From an uncultured Acidobacteriota bacterium (GTDB lineage: Bacteria; Acidobacteriota; Terriglobia; Acidiferrales; UBA7541), in the NCBI GenBank assembly GCA_963831545.1, contig CAWHQX010000011.1, positions 143,206 through 207,205 on the forward strand: a DNA stretch of 64,000 nt. Reading direction: 5' to 3'. The notes beneath the pieces are model-generated. The model saw nothing but the letters and a program-made list of their open reading frames with translations, made no database searches and was not told the origin of the DNA. The position numbers and the translations under genes were made by a program. Below, piece by piece: positions 38,899 through 49,569 of this stretch (the first letter of the stretch is position 1; each line of letters starts with the position of its first letter).

Positions 38899-39083
38899 GC
38901 CGTCCGGACAGCTTTCTCGCAAAAGCAACAGTGAGAATAGCGATGAAGAAAATGGAGAGTCGGCAAAGCTGCGTTTACCTCAATTTTCGACCGTAGGCGG
39001 CCCTCATTGTCGAATTTCTACCGGATTGATAACTGGGCGTGCCTATCGAGGTGTGGTTTGGGTAACCTCGCTAGGAGAGCTGA

Positions 39084-39903
39084 TTGTTCTCACCGGATAA
39101 ACTCGTCAACCCGCTCGTCTTGATTCTTCTCATTGAGATGATGGTGGCGACGGGACTTGGCGTGTCATTCGGTGATCTCGCAAGCGTACTTAAGAATGCA
39201 GGTCTTCTTGCCCGTGCAGCGCTGGCAAATTACGTCCTGGTCCCCGCAGCAGCCATTCTCCTTTTATATCTGTTCCATACCGCTCCCATGGTGACTGCCG
39301 GATTTCTACTGGTTGCCGCGTGTCCCGCAGCCCCGTTCGCTCCACCGTTGACAGCGATGGCCAAAGGCAACGTTAACGTTGCTGTCGGACTAATGGTGGT
39401 TTTGGCGGCGTCCTCTGCGATTCTTGCGCCAATTCTATTGAGCTTTCTCTTACCTCTTATGGCTCGCGGAGCAAACTTGAAAATCGATACGTTCAAGATT
39501 GTAACAACGCTTCTGATGACCCAAATCCTGCCGCTGGGAATCGGGATGCTGGTTCACTCCAGACTTCAGAAGCATGCGGCAAAGTTGCAGACAGCGAGCG
39601 AATCTCCTTAGCGCGGTCCTGAGTCTCGTGGTCTTTGCATTGATCATTAGTCTGCAATATAAGACTCTCGCGGAAATCCGATGGGTAGGCTTTGTGGGGC
39701 TCACTCTCCTGATACTGCTCAGTCTGGCTGCCGGCTGGATAGTTGGGGGCCAAATGATTGGAATTCGCCGGGCGGTTGCCCTGACTACGGCAGCGCGAAA
39801 CGTTGGCGTTGCGCTGGTGATCGCAACCGCGAGTTTTCCTGACAGTGCCGCTGTGACAGCGGTCATCGTTGTCGCGATTTTCCAGACGGTGCTGCTCACG
39901 TGA
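39084..39903 (+). pseudogene. Bile acid:Na+ symporter (BASS)-family transporter split by a frameshift near 39595
   Basis: Frame 1 has LANYVLVP, ACPAAPFAP, AKGNV; frame 2 continues ANLLSAVLSL...TAARNVGVALVIA. Confidence 0.8.
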
Positions 39904-40007
39904 TTTCTCTGTCGATGGGTCGATTCTCTTCAGTGCCTCAACCATTCTGAGGGCAAGAGAAAGCAATGTTTGCGACGATGCTTGCTTCGTAGAAGGAAAG
40001 TCAGCGA

Positions 40008-41273
40008 TTACTTCGGTCGCGAGGTTCCGAGCCCCTGCCGATCTTCTGCCGATGCATCCTGTTTGTCTTCCGGGTTGCCAAACGACCGCTCGATGATGGA
40101 CTGCAGCCGCTGCTGCCGATGCCGTAGAGCATGATGACGTTCTTCGGGCAGTACAGAGATCATCTCACTGATGAGGGCCCTCATTCGACGCATAACTTGC
40201 ACACTATTGGCACCATAGAAACAAATCTCATCGAATGCCAAGCGCAGGAAGTCCTCCCAGCTCGGAAAGGCAATGAGGACTCGGATGTTGTCGTCAGAGT
40301 CGCGAAAGGCGCCAATTTCTAAACGGCGTCGGCCCAGACGGAGCAAAAGATCTTCAATCTGGTCCAGTGCCTGTACCGCTGTGGTCGGATCATTAATCGC
40401 CGGAGACAGGGCTTTGATGGCGATGTCGACCAGCAATCGGATGGCATATTTAGGATCTTGCTCGAAAGTACGCTCGCCGCCTAGATCAATCGCACTCCTC
40501 AGCTGTGACTCAGCGATTCGGCCCCCTTCCCCAACAACCCGCAGAATCGGGGTCAAATCAAAGACAGAATCACCAACGGCGGCAGCGAATTCAATGACAC
40601 ATCCGGCCCTGCTGGCAATCTGCACCAGTGCCGGCACATCCAAAGCTTGGACGATCTCCGGATGGCCGTGATGCACAAGCGTCTGGACACTAGGAAAATG
40701 AGAGATTTCAGCAAAGCCTGAAGACGCAGGCGTATCTAATGGGGGATACAGATTCTCAATAACTTTGCGACCGTGATCACCCGTGAAGACCAACATCCTG
40801 GTAACCTGCAGCATACTCACACGTTGGATGAGACTAATAAACATGATGACGCTTACGATAAGCAGCGCGGTTACCACTACTATGCCGACTAACGGAACTC
40901 GGCCGGTGCCCCCACGGTCGACCCAAGCCAACGCAACCAGCGCGTAAAGAAATGTTGCAGTAAAAACACCGATCGCATGGGAGATCACGGGGTCACGGGC
41001 GATCCACAAAACAAGCCGCGGGGAGTAGGCTGTAGCACTGAATTGCACCATGACAAAGGTCAGAGAGAATACAATGCCCGTGAGGGCGAGCATACCGGAC
41101 GCAATGGAAGAGTAAATGCCGATTGCGGCGTTCGCGCTGACAGTGGAAGCGAAGCCTGGTAGGAGCACATTGGCCAGGCGGGCTACCGTCACGCCAGACG
41201 TAAGTGCCGCCGCCGCATAAACCAACGGAACAAGCCATGCCTTGGCCTGGGTCTTACGCAGCTTATGAAACAT
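40008..41273 (-). CDS. DUF2254-family membrane protein
   Basis: VQFSATAYSPRL, ERTFEQDPKYAIRLLVDIAIKALSPAINDPTTAVQALD. Confidence 0.9.
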   Translation of the reverse strand: MFHKLRKTQAKAWLVPLVYAAAALTSGVTVARLANVLLPGFASTVSANAAIGIYSSIASGMLALTGIVFSLTFVMVQFSATAYSPRLVLWIARDPVISHAIGVFTATFLYALVALAWVDRGGTGRVPLVGIVVVTALLIVSVIMFISLIQRVSMLQVTRMLVFTGDHGRKVIENLYPPLDTPASSGFAEISHFPSVQTLVHHGHPEIVQALDVPALVQIASRAGCVIEFAAAVGDSVFDLTPILRVVGEGGRIAESQLRSAIDLGGERTFEQDPKYAIRLLVDIAIKALSPAINDPTTAVQALDQIEDLLLRLGRRRLEIGAFRDSDDNIRVLIAFPSWEDFLRLAFDEICFYGANSVQVMRRMRALISEMISVLPEERHHALRHRQQRLQSIIERSFGNPEDKQDASAEDRQGLGTSRPK

Positions 41274-41294
41274 CGTCTCGCGAGCTCGCTCTTC

Positions 41295-42869
41295 TCATTC
41301 GGCCGATTGCGCCCTGACAAAGTTGTATTTTGCGCTGAACATAATCCGCGGCGCATTGCCCGTAGAGCCGTCTTTGTTTACTCGCCAGCCATAAAGGAAT
41401 TCCGTGCCCAAGGTCAATGAGCCGTAAGGATTCCAGATCAGGTTACCCGCCGCATAATTGCTTTGGTGAAATACGGAGCCGGGCTGGGCTTCGGTGTTTT
41501 GGACTTGGACAAAGCCGTATACCACGCTTGAGCGCAAGCCCTTAAGCCAGAAATGTTGCAAACCCGCGTAGGTTGCGAATACGGGCAGCGCTTTGAGTTC
41601 GGGATTCTGCAAGCTGGTGACCGCCGCGTCGATTCCCAAGCCAGACGTATCATTGATGTAGCGTTCGATGCCATTCCCGTAAGCTCCCTGATAAACGATG
41701 GTATTCTGCCTCCATAACTTTTCCGATCCCGCCAGATTGAAGCCCCACCCGAACACGGAGTCATGCCGGCCATCTGGCAGATACGCCGCTACATCTCGAA
41801 ACAATGCGGAAACCTGCACATGGCCGCCGTCCATTTCACGCCGCAGCTTCAAGGCTCCGTCAGGCGCAGGGCTGTTCGGTTGAGCACTGAAATCGGGGGT
41901 GGTGAATGCTACGTCCGAGTTGGGCTTCTCAACCGATAGGCTGAAGGTCGTCTTTTCTGCGACCAAAAGACTGTAACGAAATTGTGGGTTGCGAATGGAA
42001 ACCTGCGCGTTTGGGCCCTGGAAGTCGAGCTGGTCAGTCCCCGCGTCAGGATCCATGAAGTTAGAGAAGGTCTGGCCGATCAGGAAATTCTTTGCTTGTC
42101 CGTAAGCATGGCGCAATCTTGGAGTGGTTGCGTTGGAACCGAAAAGATCCGCTTCAACGAAGAATCTGATCGATTCGCCTGACTTCAGCGGAACCAGGAA
42201 GTCAAGATTGATGCGCGTCGGTCGTACCGATATGGTCGTGTTCGTAAATGCGGCCGGAGCCGGAATTGGGATCGTGGCCGGAATGAAGCTATCGACATTT
42301 CCTGCCGGCTTCAAATCGTAGATAAAGTCAGTTTTGGCATAACCGCCTATCCGCAATAATGTGCTCGTACCTGGCAGCCGGAAATATCCCGGAAAACGCG
42401 GGTCCAGCGGTTCGTTATTGATGCGCGGGGCGGCCAGCGGATCCTGCGCAAAGGTGCGATAGGTCGAAGTTGTGTTGCTAATTTCCTCTTTTTTCGGAGT
42501 CAGTTCCGATTCCACTTGCGTCTTTTCTTCACTCTGCCATGTGGCAACAGCCGCCGCTGGAGCGGGTGCGGCTGCTGCAGTTGGAGCTTTGGCAGGAGCA
42601 CCCGAAATGCGCTTCAGTTCGCTCTGCACCTCTGCCATCTGGTTCTGCAGATTGTCCAGTTTCTTTTGAAGAGCCTCTATTTGGGACGGCGTCGCCTCTT
42701 GTCCTTGCGCGCGAGCTGATTGCGAGCCGGCGACGAAAAAGACTGCACAGAACAAACAAATTGAAGTTGTTTTACGGAGACGGATCTTTGTTCTCGCACC
42801 GCATCCAAGCGCAATTGCGGAGTTAAATGAAAAGCGAACGTTGGGGTAATACGCGTTCAGACAATTCAT
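41295..42869 (-). CDS. DcaP-family trimeric outer-membrane porin (start uncertain)
   Basis: N-terminal coiled coil (IEALQKKLDNLQNQMAEV), IGGYAKTD, RLRHAYG, LIGQTFSNFMD, C-terminal SAKYNF. Confidence 0.8.
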   Translation of the reverse strand: MNCLNAYYPNVRFSFNSAIALGCGARTKIRLRKTTSICLFCAVFFVAGSQSARAQGQEATPSQIEALQKKLDNLQNQMAEVQSELKRISGAPAKAPTAAAAPAPAAAVATWQSEEKTQVESELTPKKEEISNTTSTYRTFAQDPLAAPRINNEPLDPRFPGYFRLPGTSTLLRIGGYAKTDFIYDLKPAGNVDSFIPATIPIPAPAAFTNTTISVRPTRINLDFLVPLKSGESIRFFVEADLFGSNATTPRLRHAYGQAKNFLIGQTFSNFMDPDAGTDQLDFQGPNAQVSIRNPQFRYSLLVAEKTTFSLSVEKPNSDVAFTTPDFSAQPNSPAPDGALKLRREMDGGHVQVSALFRDVAAYLPDGRHDSVFGWGFNLAGSEKLWRQNTIVYQGAYGNGIERYINDTSGLGIDAAVTSLQNPELKALPVFATYAGLQHFWLKGLRSSVVYGFVQVQNTEAQPGSVFHQSNYAAGNLIWNPYGSLTLGTEFLYGWRVNKDGSTGNAPRIMFSAKYNFVRAQSAE

Positions 42870-43084
42870 ACAAGGACCTCTCTGAATCGCAGAGATACGT
42901 AAAAAACGAATTCCGTTGCGTTCCGACTGCGGAGATTCGGCAATTTGCTGCGGCTCCGAATGAAACAACGTTCTCTTGGCAGCATCTTTCGTAACCCGGC
43001 GAACCGGCAACCATGCGAAAGATCGATACTGCAAATTCTTTCGCCATTTGTATTTGCAGGGTAAGAGACAATTTCACGCGATGA

Positions 43085-43104
43085 AACTAGGGATTTCCCT
43101 AGTT
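43085..43104. promoter_or_regulatory. Island palindrome box 12, perfect arms (AACTAGGG-ATTT-CCCTAGTT)
   Basis: Lies between divergent porin and decarboxylase genes. TACCCT (minus, 43063-43058) and TAAATG (plus, 43126-43131) are both 31.5 bp from the centre. Confidence 0.85.
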
Positions 43105-43211
43105 GTTGCGGTTATTCAGCACTGCTAAATGTCTTCACAGACCCAAATTAAGGTCACAGCAAATCGAACACCGGTCATGCCAAACCAAGTGTGAATTGTC
43201 GGGAGGATCAT

Positions 43212-46034
43212 ATGAGTACCGCAACAAATGCGTCCGCTCCTCGAGTGGACCAATTCCTTATGGCCGCGGAAGCAAGGTTCGATCGCTGGCGGGCGTTGTT
43301 GCAAGAAGCTCGCTTGTGGGACAGATCGACGAAGCAGCAGACTCCGGGCAAACATCAAGCGGCTGTCACGAAGTGCTTCAATGAATTGCGTCAGTGGGAA
43401 GACTATTTTGCCTATCCCGGACAAACCCTGCTGAAGGCGCTGGGGGAACGCATCGCCTCGAGTGACGCATCTGGTACGGCTCGCTTGGTTCAGTCGATGA
43501 GCGCCGCATTACTGACACACTCGTATCGCTCCAACGCCGCGGATTGGGAGGGAGAAGGACAAGCCGCCATAAATCTTGGTGAACAGGTCCCCGTTCCGGG
43601 AGAAGAATCGGCAGCACGACGACCTTACTTCGAAGTGCTCGTGGTGAGTCCGGCGCGCCGCTCAGTCTGGCAGGAGCTGGCGCAGGATCTCCGGAGGCTA
43701 CGGCGGCCCGTGGACAAATTCATCTATGAGCCCGTGTTTGTTGGCACTTATGAGGACGCGGTACTGGCGACCATTCTGAATGGTAGCGTGGAAGCCGTGA
43801 TTATTTACGAGGGAATTCCGCTCGCCTCGTCTCACGACGCCCCAGTGCTGCGTGAATTTCTGACCAGCCATCTTGCCGGAAGCGGATTTGACTCAAGTTC
43901 GGCCGATTACAGCATGGCACTCGCTCAGGGCCTGAAGCAGCTGCGCCCCGAGCTGGACATTTATTTCCTCAGTGACCGCCAGGTGGAGAAAGTGGCGGGC
44001 GACGTCTCGGCGGATTGCATCCGTAGGGTTTTCTACCAAGTCGAAGAACCACTGGAGCTTCATCTCAGCATTCTTGATGGAGTTGCCGATCGATTCGACA
44101 CTCCCTATTTCGATAACCTGCAGAAATACGCGCAGCGTCCTATCGGAACATTTCATGCCCTGCCGGTCGCTCGAGGGAAGTCCATATTTAAATCGAACTG
44201 GATTAGCGATATGGGTCAGTTTTACGGCATAAATCTATTTCTTGCGGAGTCGTCAGCTACGACCGGTGGACTGGACAGCCTACTGGAGCCTACAGGCAAC
44301 ATCAAGGTGGCTCAGGACAAGGCGGCGCGAGCATTCGGAGCGGATCATGTCTTCTTCGTGACGAACGGGACCTCGACTTCGAACAAGATGGTGGAGCAGG
44401 CGCTGCTAGGGCCCGGCGACATCATGTTGGTCGATCGGAATTGCCATAAGTCGCATCACTATGGCGCGGTAATTTCCGGCGCCCTTCCCTTGTACGTCGA
44501 AGCGTATCCCCTGACACAGTACTCGATGTATGGGGCGGTCCCGCTGCGCACCATCAAGAAAGCGTTGCTTGATTTGAAAGCCGAGGGTCGACTGGATCGC
44601 GCGCGACTTCTGGTGCTTACAAACTGCACGTTTGACGGACATATCTACAACGTCGAGCGCGTTATGGAAGAATGCCTGGCGATCAAGCCGGACCTCATTT
44701 TCCTATGGGATGAAGCGTGGTTTGGTTTCGCCAGGTGGACTCCGTTCTACCGGCGGCGCACTGCCATGGGGGCAGCCGCAACCCTGGAGAAAAAGTTCAA
44801 AGACCCCGCGTACCGTGCGGCGTACCTGGAGCAAGAAAAGAAACTGGGCGCCGACTTGAAAGGCAGCGAGAAAACACTGCTCGAAACGCGATTGCTCGCC
44901 AATCCCGACAAAGTACGTCTCCGGGTTTACCAAACTAACTCGACTCACAAATCCATGTCGTGTTTACGCCAGGGCTCGATGGTACTGGTCAAAGACCAGG
45001 ACTATCACACCGTTGAGGAACAATTCCACGAAGCGGTGTTCACGCACGCTTCGACTTCACCGAACCTTCAGATTATTGCGACGCTGGATGTAGCGCGACG
45101 CCAGATGGAGTTGGAAGGCTACGAGCTGGTAAACCGGGCCATCCAACTGGCGCTGGACGTGAGGCGCGAAGTCAACTCGCATCCGCTGATTTCGAAATAC
45201 TTCCGCGTGCTCGGCGCCGACGAGATGATCCCGGCGGAGTTCCGTAATTCAGGATTTGTCGACTATCTAACCCCAGGCGTGAACTGGGCCACCGCCGTGA
45301 AGGCTTTCAAGGAAGATGAATTCTCGCTTGACGTAACCCGGCTCACGCTAGTTTGCGGGTCGGCGGGATTCGACGGTACACAATTCAAAAACCTGCTCGC
45401 CGCTGACTTTGACATTCAGCTGAACAAGACGTCCCGTAACAGCGTTCTGCTTCAGACCAACATTAACAACACGCGCAGCGACATTGCTCAACTTATCAAG
45501 GTTCTCGTCCAGATCTCACAGGGGATTGAGAAAAAGCTTGGCGAGGGGGGCAGCGCCGTGAAACAAGCGTTCCAAGCGCGCGTGAAATCACTGATGACCG
45601 ATGTGCCAGATCTTCCCAACTTCAGCTGCTTCTTCGATCGGTTCCGTGAGGATCCTTCCAGCAAAACCAGCGAAGGGGATATGCGCTCCGCATTCTTCGC
45701 GGCGTATCGCGAGAAACAATGCGAGCACATAAAACTATCCAGCCCGGATATCGACAAACGCCTGAAGGAAGGACCGGAGTTGGTTTCAGCCAGCTTTGTA
45801 ATCCCATACCCACCCGGATTCCCGATTATGGTGCCGGGACAAGTCATCAATGCGCAGACTATCGAGTTCATGCGCAAGCTAGACGTGAAGGAGATTCACG
45901 GCTTCACCGCGGCACTCGGGCTGAAACTGTTGAATCCGGCGTTTCTGCAGTCGCTGAAAGCGCCAGTGAAAACTCCAACGAATGCAGCAAAGCACGAGAA
46001 GGGCAAGGCTGCGCGCAGTGCGTCCGGCCATTAA
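43212..46034 (+). CDS. Orn/Lys/Arg-family PLP decarboxylase (long form)
   Basis: FFVTNGTSTSNK, DRNCHKSHH, TNCTFDG, WDEAWF, PLP lysine STHKS, IPYPPGFPIMVPG. Confidence 0.92.
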   Translation: MSTATNASAPRVDQFLMAAEARFDRWRALLQEARLWDRSTKQQTPGKHQAAVTKCFNELRQWEDYFAYPGQTLLKALGERIASSDASGTARLVQSMSAALLTHSYRSNAADWEGEGQAAINLGEQVPVPGEESAARRPYFEVLVVSPARRSVWQELAQDLRRLRRPVDKFIYEPVFVGTYEDAVLATILNGSVEAVIIYEGIPLASSHDAPVLREFLTSHLAGSGFDSSSADYSMALAQGLKQLRPELDIYFLSDRQVEKVAGDVSADCIRRVFYQVEEPLELHLSILDGVADRFDTPYFDNLQKYAQRPIGTFHALPVARGKSIFKSNWISDMGQFYGINLFLAESSATTGGLDSLLEPTGNIKVAQDKAARAFGADHVFFVTNGTSTSNKMVEQALLGPGDIMLVDRNCHKSHHYGAVISGALPLYVEAYPLTQYSMYGAVPLRTIKKALLDLKAEGRLDRARLLVLTNCTFDGHIYNVERVMEECLAIKPDLIFLWDEAWFGFARWTPFYRRRTAMGAAATLEKKFKDPAYRAAYLEQEKKLGADLKGSEKTLLETRLLANPDKVRLRVYQTNSTHKSMSCLRQGSMVLVKDQDYHTVEEQFHEAVFTHASTSPNLQIIATLDVARRQMELEGYELVNRAIQLALDVRREVNSHPLISKYFRVLGADEMIPAEFRNSGFVDYLTPGVNWATAVKAFKEDEFSLDVTRLTLVCGSAGFDGTQFKNLLAADFDIQLNKTSRNSVLLQTNINNTRSDIAQLIKVLVQISQGIEKKLGEGGSAVKQAFQARVKSLMTDVPDLPNFSCFFDRFREDPSSKTSEGDMRSAFFAAYREKQCEHIKLSSPDIDKRLKEGPELVSASFVIPYPPGFPIMVPGQVINAQTIEFMRKLDVKEIHGFTAALGLKLLNPAFLQSLKAPVKTPTNAAKHEKGKAARSASGH

Positions 46035-46124
46035 GTTCGATTGGTTGGAGCTGTAGTAGACGATCGATTCGCAAGCGAGGAATTCGAAGCAAGGGCAGAT
46101 TCATTTCGTCCAAGGAGGACAGTT

Positions 46125-47774
46125 ATGGCGACTCCTATACGGTCTCATCTTTCCGTAAGTCTCAAACAGCAGCAAGAATTTGAAAAGCTCAGCCCATTCG
46201 AACTGAAGGATAAATTGATCCAATTGGCCGGCGACGCCTCTCGGCAGAGCACGCAGACAATGCTCAATGCCGGTCGCGGAAACCCCAACTGGATTGCAAC
46301 GACTCCCCGCGATGCTTTTTTCACTTTGGGCACGTTTGCAATTCAGGAATCGAAGAGGGTATGGGACGAGTCCGACCTTGGGGGAATGCCTCAAAGGGCC
46401 GGGATAGCAAAACGCTTGTCGGATTTTGTGGCAAAAAATCCCAACGCCCCCGGGATTGGTCTGATTCAGGCGGCCGTCGAATATGCCGTGAAGGAATTCA
46501 AGTTCAACGCGGACGCTTTCGTACATGAGTTGATCGACAGCATTATCGGGGACCAATACCCGTCGCCGGATCGCATGCTGGTTCATGCCGAACGCGTGGT
46601 GCACGAATACCTGGCCAAAGAAATGTGCGGCGGCAAACCACCGGCTGGGAAGTTTGACATTTTCGCGGTCGAGGGTGGCACAGCGGCAATGTGCTACATC
46701 TTTGATTCTCTGATGGTGAACCACCTATTGCATCGAGGAGACAAGGTAGCGCTCGCTCTCCCCATGTTCACTCCGTATATTGAGGTCTGTCATCTCGACC
46801 GGTTCCATTTCAATGTAGTGGAAATGAATGCGAGTGAAGTGTCCTCGAGTGATGGGCGGCACACCTGGCAATATCCAGATGCGGAGATTGACAAGCTCAA
46901 AGACCCAACGATTAAAGCGTTGTTCTTTGTCAATCCAAGCAATCCTCCCTCCGTCGCTATGCGCGCGAACTCCATGCAGCGATTGGCTGCCCTGGTTCAG
47001 AACAATCGACCGGACTTAATCGTGGTCACCGATGACGTGTACGGGACCTTCGTGCCCGGCTTCCGCTCCTTAATGGCTGAAGTCCCACAAAACACAATCG
47101 GCGTGTATTCGTTTTCGAAGTATTTCGGCTGCACCGGATGGCGCCTGGGAGTTGTTGCGATTCATGAGGACAATATTTTCGACAAAGCAATCGCCAAGCT
47201 GCCTGAGGGTATTCGTCGGGAATTGAATACTCGCTATGGGCCTCTGACGCTTCATCCAGAACAGATCAAGTTCATCGACCGTATGGTAGCGGATAGCCGT
47301 TGCGTAGCGCTGAATCACACAGCCGGTCTGTCGCTGCCACAACAGGTTCAGATGACGTTGTTCTCGCTCTTTGCCCTTCTGGACAAGGACGACCGCTACA
47401 AGAAACTCACCAAGGAAATTGTGAAACGTCGATTGCAGGCCTTGTGGGCCGGAATGAATCTGCCCCTCCCTCCAGATGCGATGCGTGCTGATTACTACGC
47501 GACTCTCGACATCATGGTGTGGGCTGAGAAGACACACGGCCCCGCGTTCGTCGAATTCCTTAAGAAAAACTATCACCCCTTTGATGTTCTATTCGCGTTG
47601 GCGGAGAAATTCTCGACAGTGCTTCTCAACGGAAGCGGCTTTGCCGGTCCGGATTGGTCGGTGCGAGTGTCGCTCGCCAATCTGCCGGACGAGGCGTATT
47701 CCAAAATCGGCGAGCAACTCACGACCGTTGTGCAAGTGGCAGTTAACGCGTGGAAGGCTCAGGCGTCCGCGTAG
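46125..47774 (+). CDS. aspD: Aspartate 4-decarboxylase (bifunctional aspartate transaminase/decarboxylase)
   Basis: [59 protein letters not shown]. Confidence 0.93.
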   Translation: MATPIRSHLSVSLKQQQEFEKLSPFELKDKLIQLAGDASRQSTQTMLNAGRGNPNWIATTPRDAFFTLGTFAIQESKRVWDESDLGGMPQRAGIAKRLSDFVAKNPNAPGIGLIQAAVEYAVKEFKFNADAFVHELIDSIIGDQYPSPDRMLVHAERVVHEYLAKEMCGGKPPAGKFDIFAVEGGTAAMCYIFDSLMVNHLLHRGDKVALALPMFTPYIEVCHLDRFHFNVVEMNASEVSSSDGRHTWQYPDAEIDKLKDPTIKALFFVNPSNPPSVAMRANSMQRLAALVQNNRPDLIVVTDDVYGTFVPGFRSLMAEVPQNTIGVYSFSKYFGCTGWRLGVVAIHEDNIFDKAIAKLPEGIRRELNTRYGPLTLHPEQIKFIDRMVADSRCVALNHTAGLSLPQQVQMTLFSLFALLDKDDRYKKLTKEIVKRRLQALWAGMNLPLPPDAMRADYYATLDIMVWAEKTHGPAFVEFLKKNYHPFDVLFALAEKFSTVLLNGSGFAGPDWSVRVSLANLPDEAYSKIGEQLTTVVQVAVNAWKAQASA

Positions 47775-47815
47775 AACGTATAAAACGACCCGAGGCGTAT
47801 CAAGGGAGGTTGACG

Positions 47816-49513
47816 ATGTTCATCCTGACGTGGCTTGCTGAGACCCTCCGACAGTACCCGGAGATCGCCATTTTCCTCACGCTGGCCTTCGGATATTACT
47901 TCGGCAAGTTCACCTTCAAGGGCATCGGCCTGGGGTCAGTCACTGCTACGCTGCTAGCGGGAGTCATAATCGGGCAAATCGGTATAACCATCTCCCCGCC
48001 CCTGAAGGCAACTGTCTTCCTGATGTTTTTATTCGCCGTCGGCTATGGCGTCGGTCCACAGTTTGTCCGCGGTGTCGCCAAGGATGGCTTGCCGCAAGCT
48101 ATCTTTGCCGCGGTCCAATGTGTGTTCTGTCTGTTGGTCCCCGTCGCGATTGCGAAGATAGCCGGCTATGACCTCGGATACGCAGCAGGGTTGTACTCTG
48201 GGTCGCAGACAATCTCTGCTGCGATGGGCCTCTCAACGGACGCCATCAACCGGCTCGGGTTGGCGGCCGACCAGACTAAAAGCCTGTTGAACTCAATGCC
48301 GGTCGCGTACGCGGTGACTTACATTTTCGGCACCGTCGGTTCGGCGCTTGTTATCGCGCTCCTAGGTCCGGCGATACTGCGCTTGGATCTTGTCGGCGCC
48401 TGTAAGGACTACGAAGAAAAGAATGGCGGCAGCAAGGAACTTGGCGGACCAGGGTCGGCTTGGCATCGTTGGGAAATACGTGCGTTCCGCGTGAAACCAG
48501 GCGGAAAGGTCGCGGGACTGCGCGCTATCGAAGCCGAGGCATTGGTGCCGGATGCGCGCATTTTTGTACTGCGCGTACGCCGCGAGGGGAAGATTGAAGA
48601 TGCCACCGCGGACACAGTGTTGCACGAGAACGATGTGGTGGCGCTTGCGGGTGCCCGTGAAGTGCTTCTGAGAGTGGTTGGGGAAGGGGGCGCTGAAGTC
48701 GAAGACCCGGAGTTGTTAAGCGTTCCGATAGAAGGCGTGGACGTATATGTCACCAACAAGGCGGTCGACGGCAAAACCCTGACCGAAATTGCCCAGCTCC
48801 CTGCGGCACGGGGCGTCTTCCTGCGCAAAATTACGCGGGGCGCGACTGCCACGTCGATCCCCATCCTGCCGAACACTCAAATCAACCGCGGTGATCTACT
48901 CACAGTCGTCGGCCGCACGCAGGACACCACCGCCGTGGCCAAGTTGCTGGGCGTCGCGGATCGTCCGACTGACGTGGCCGACGTCGCATTCATTGGCGGT
49001 GCAATCGCATTAGGCGCGTTCGTCGGCGCGTTGGTCCTGAAGATACGAGGGGTACCTCTGACCTTGTCGACTGCAGGAGGCGCGCTCATCGCCGGTCTCG
49101 TGTTTGGCTGGCTGCGCTCAGTGCGCCCACTATTCGGGCGCATCCCATCCCCCACCGTGTGGTTCATGAACTCGGTGGGATTGAACATCTTCATTGCGGT
49201 GGTGGGCATCTCGGCAGGCCCGGGCTTCGTGAATGGGCTCAAGACCCAAGGCATCAGTCTGTTTCTGTGGGGCGCGCTGGCGACCACGGTACCACTCATT
49301 TTGGGTATGTTCGTTGGCAAATACATCTTCCGCTTCCATGACGCGCTCTTGCTGGGCATCGTCTCCGGTGCCCGCACGACGACTGCTTCGCTCGGCTTGG
49401 TTTGCGATCGTGGCCACAGCCAGGTTCCCGCGCTCGGTTACACCGTCACCTACGCTGTCGGGAACACTCTGCTCACGATCTGGGGTATGGTGCTCATCAT
49501 ATTGCTGTCGTGA
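47816..49513 (+). CDS. aspT: Aspartate:alanine antiporter (AspT/YidE family)
   Basis: [24 protein letters not shown], two TrkA_C-like domains, GARTTTA; follows aspD. Confidence 0.92.
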   Translation: MFILTWLAETLRQYPEIAIFLTLAFGYYFGKFTFKGIGLGSVTATLLAGVIIGQIGITISPPLKATVFLMFLFAVGYGVGPQFVRGVAKDGLPQAIFAAVQCVFCLLVPVAIAKIAGYDLGYAAGLYSGSQTISAAMGLSTDAINRLGLAADQTKSLLNSMPVAYAVTYIFGTVGSALVIALLGPAILRLDLVGACKDYEEKNGGSKELGGPGSAWHRWEIRAFRVKPGGKVAGLRAIEAEALVPDARIFVLRVRREGKIEDATADTVLHENDVVALAGAREVLLRVVGEGGAEVEDPELLSVPIEGVDVYVTNKAVDGKTLTEIAQLPAARGVFLRKITRGATATSIPILPNTQINRGDLLTVVGRTQDTTAVAKLLGVADRPTDVADVAFIGGAIALGAFVGALVLKIRGVPLTLSTAGGALIAGLVFGWLRSVRPLFGRIPSPTVWFMNSVGLNIFIAVVGISAGPGFVNGLKTQGISLFLWGALATTVPLILGMFVGKYIFRFHDALLLGIVSGARTTTASLGLVCDRGHSQVPALGYTVTYAVGNTLLTIWGMVLIILLS

Positions 49514-49569
49514 CAGGCCTCGGCGGTTGATAATCACGAACCTTTTAAAGCTCCATAGCTGAGCTGAGT

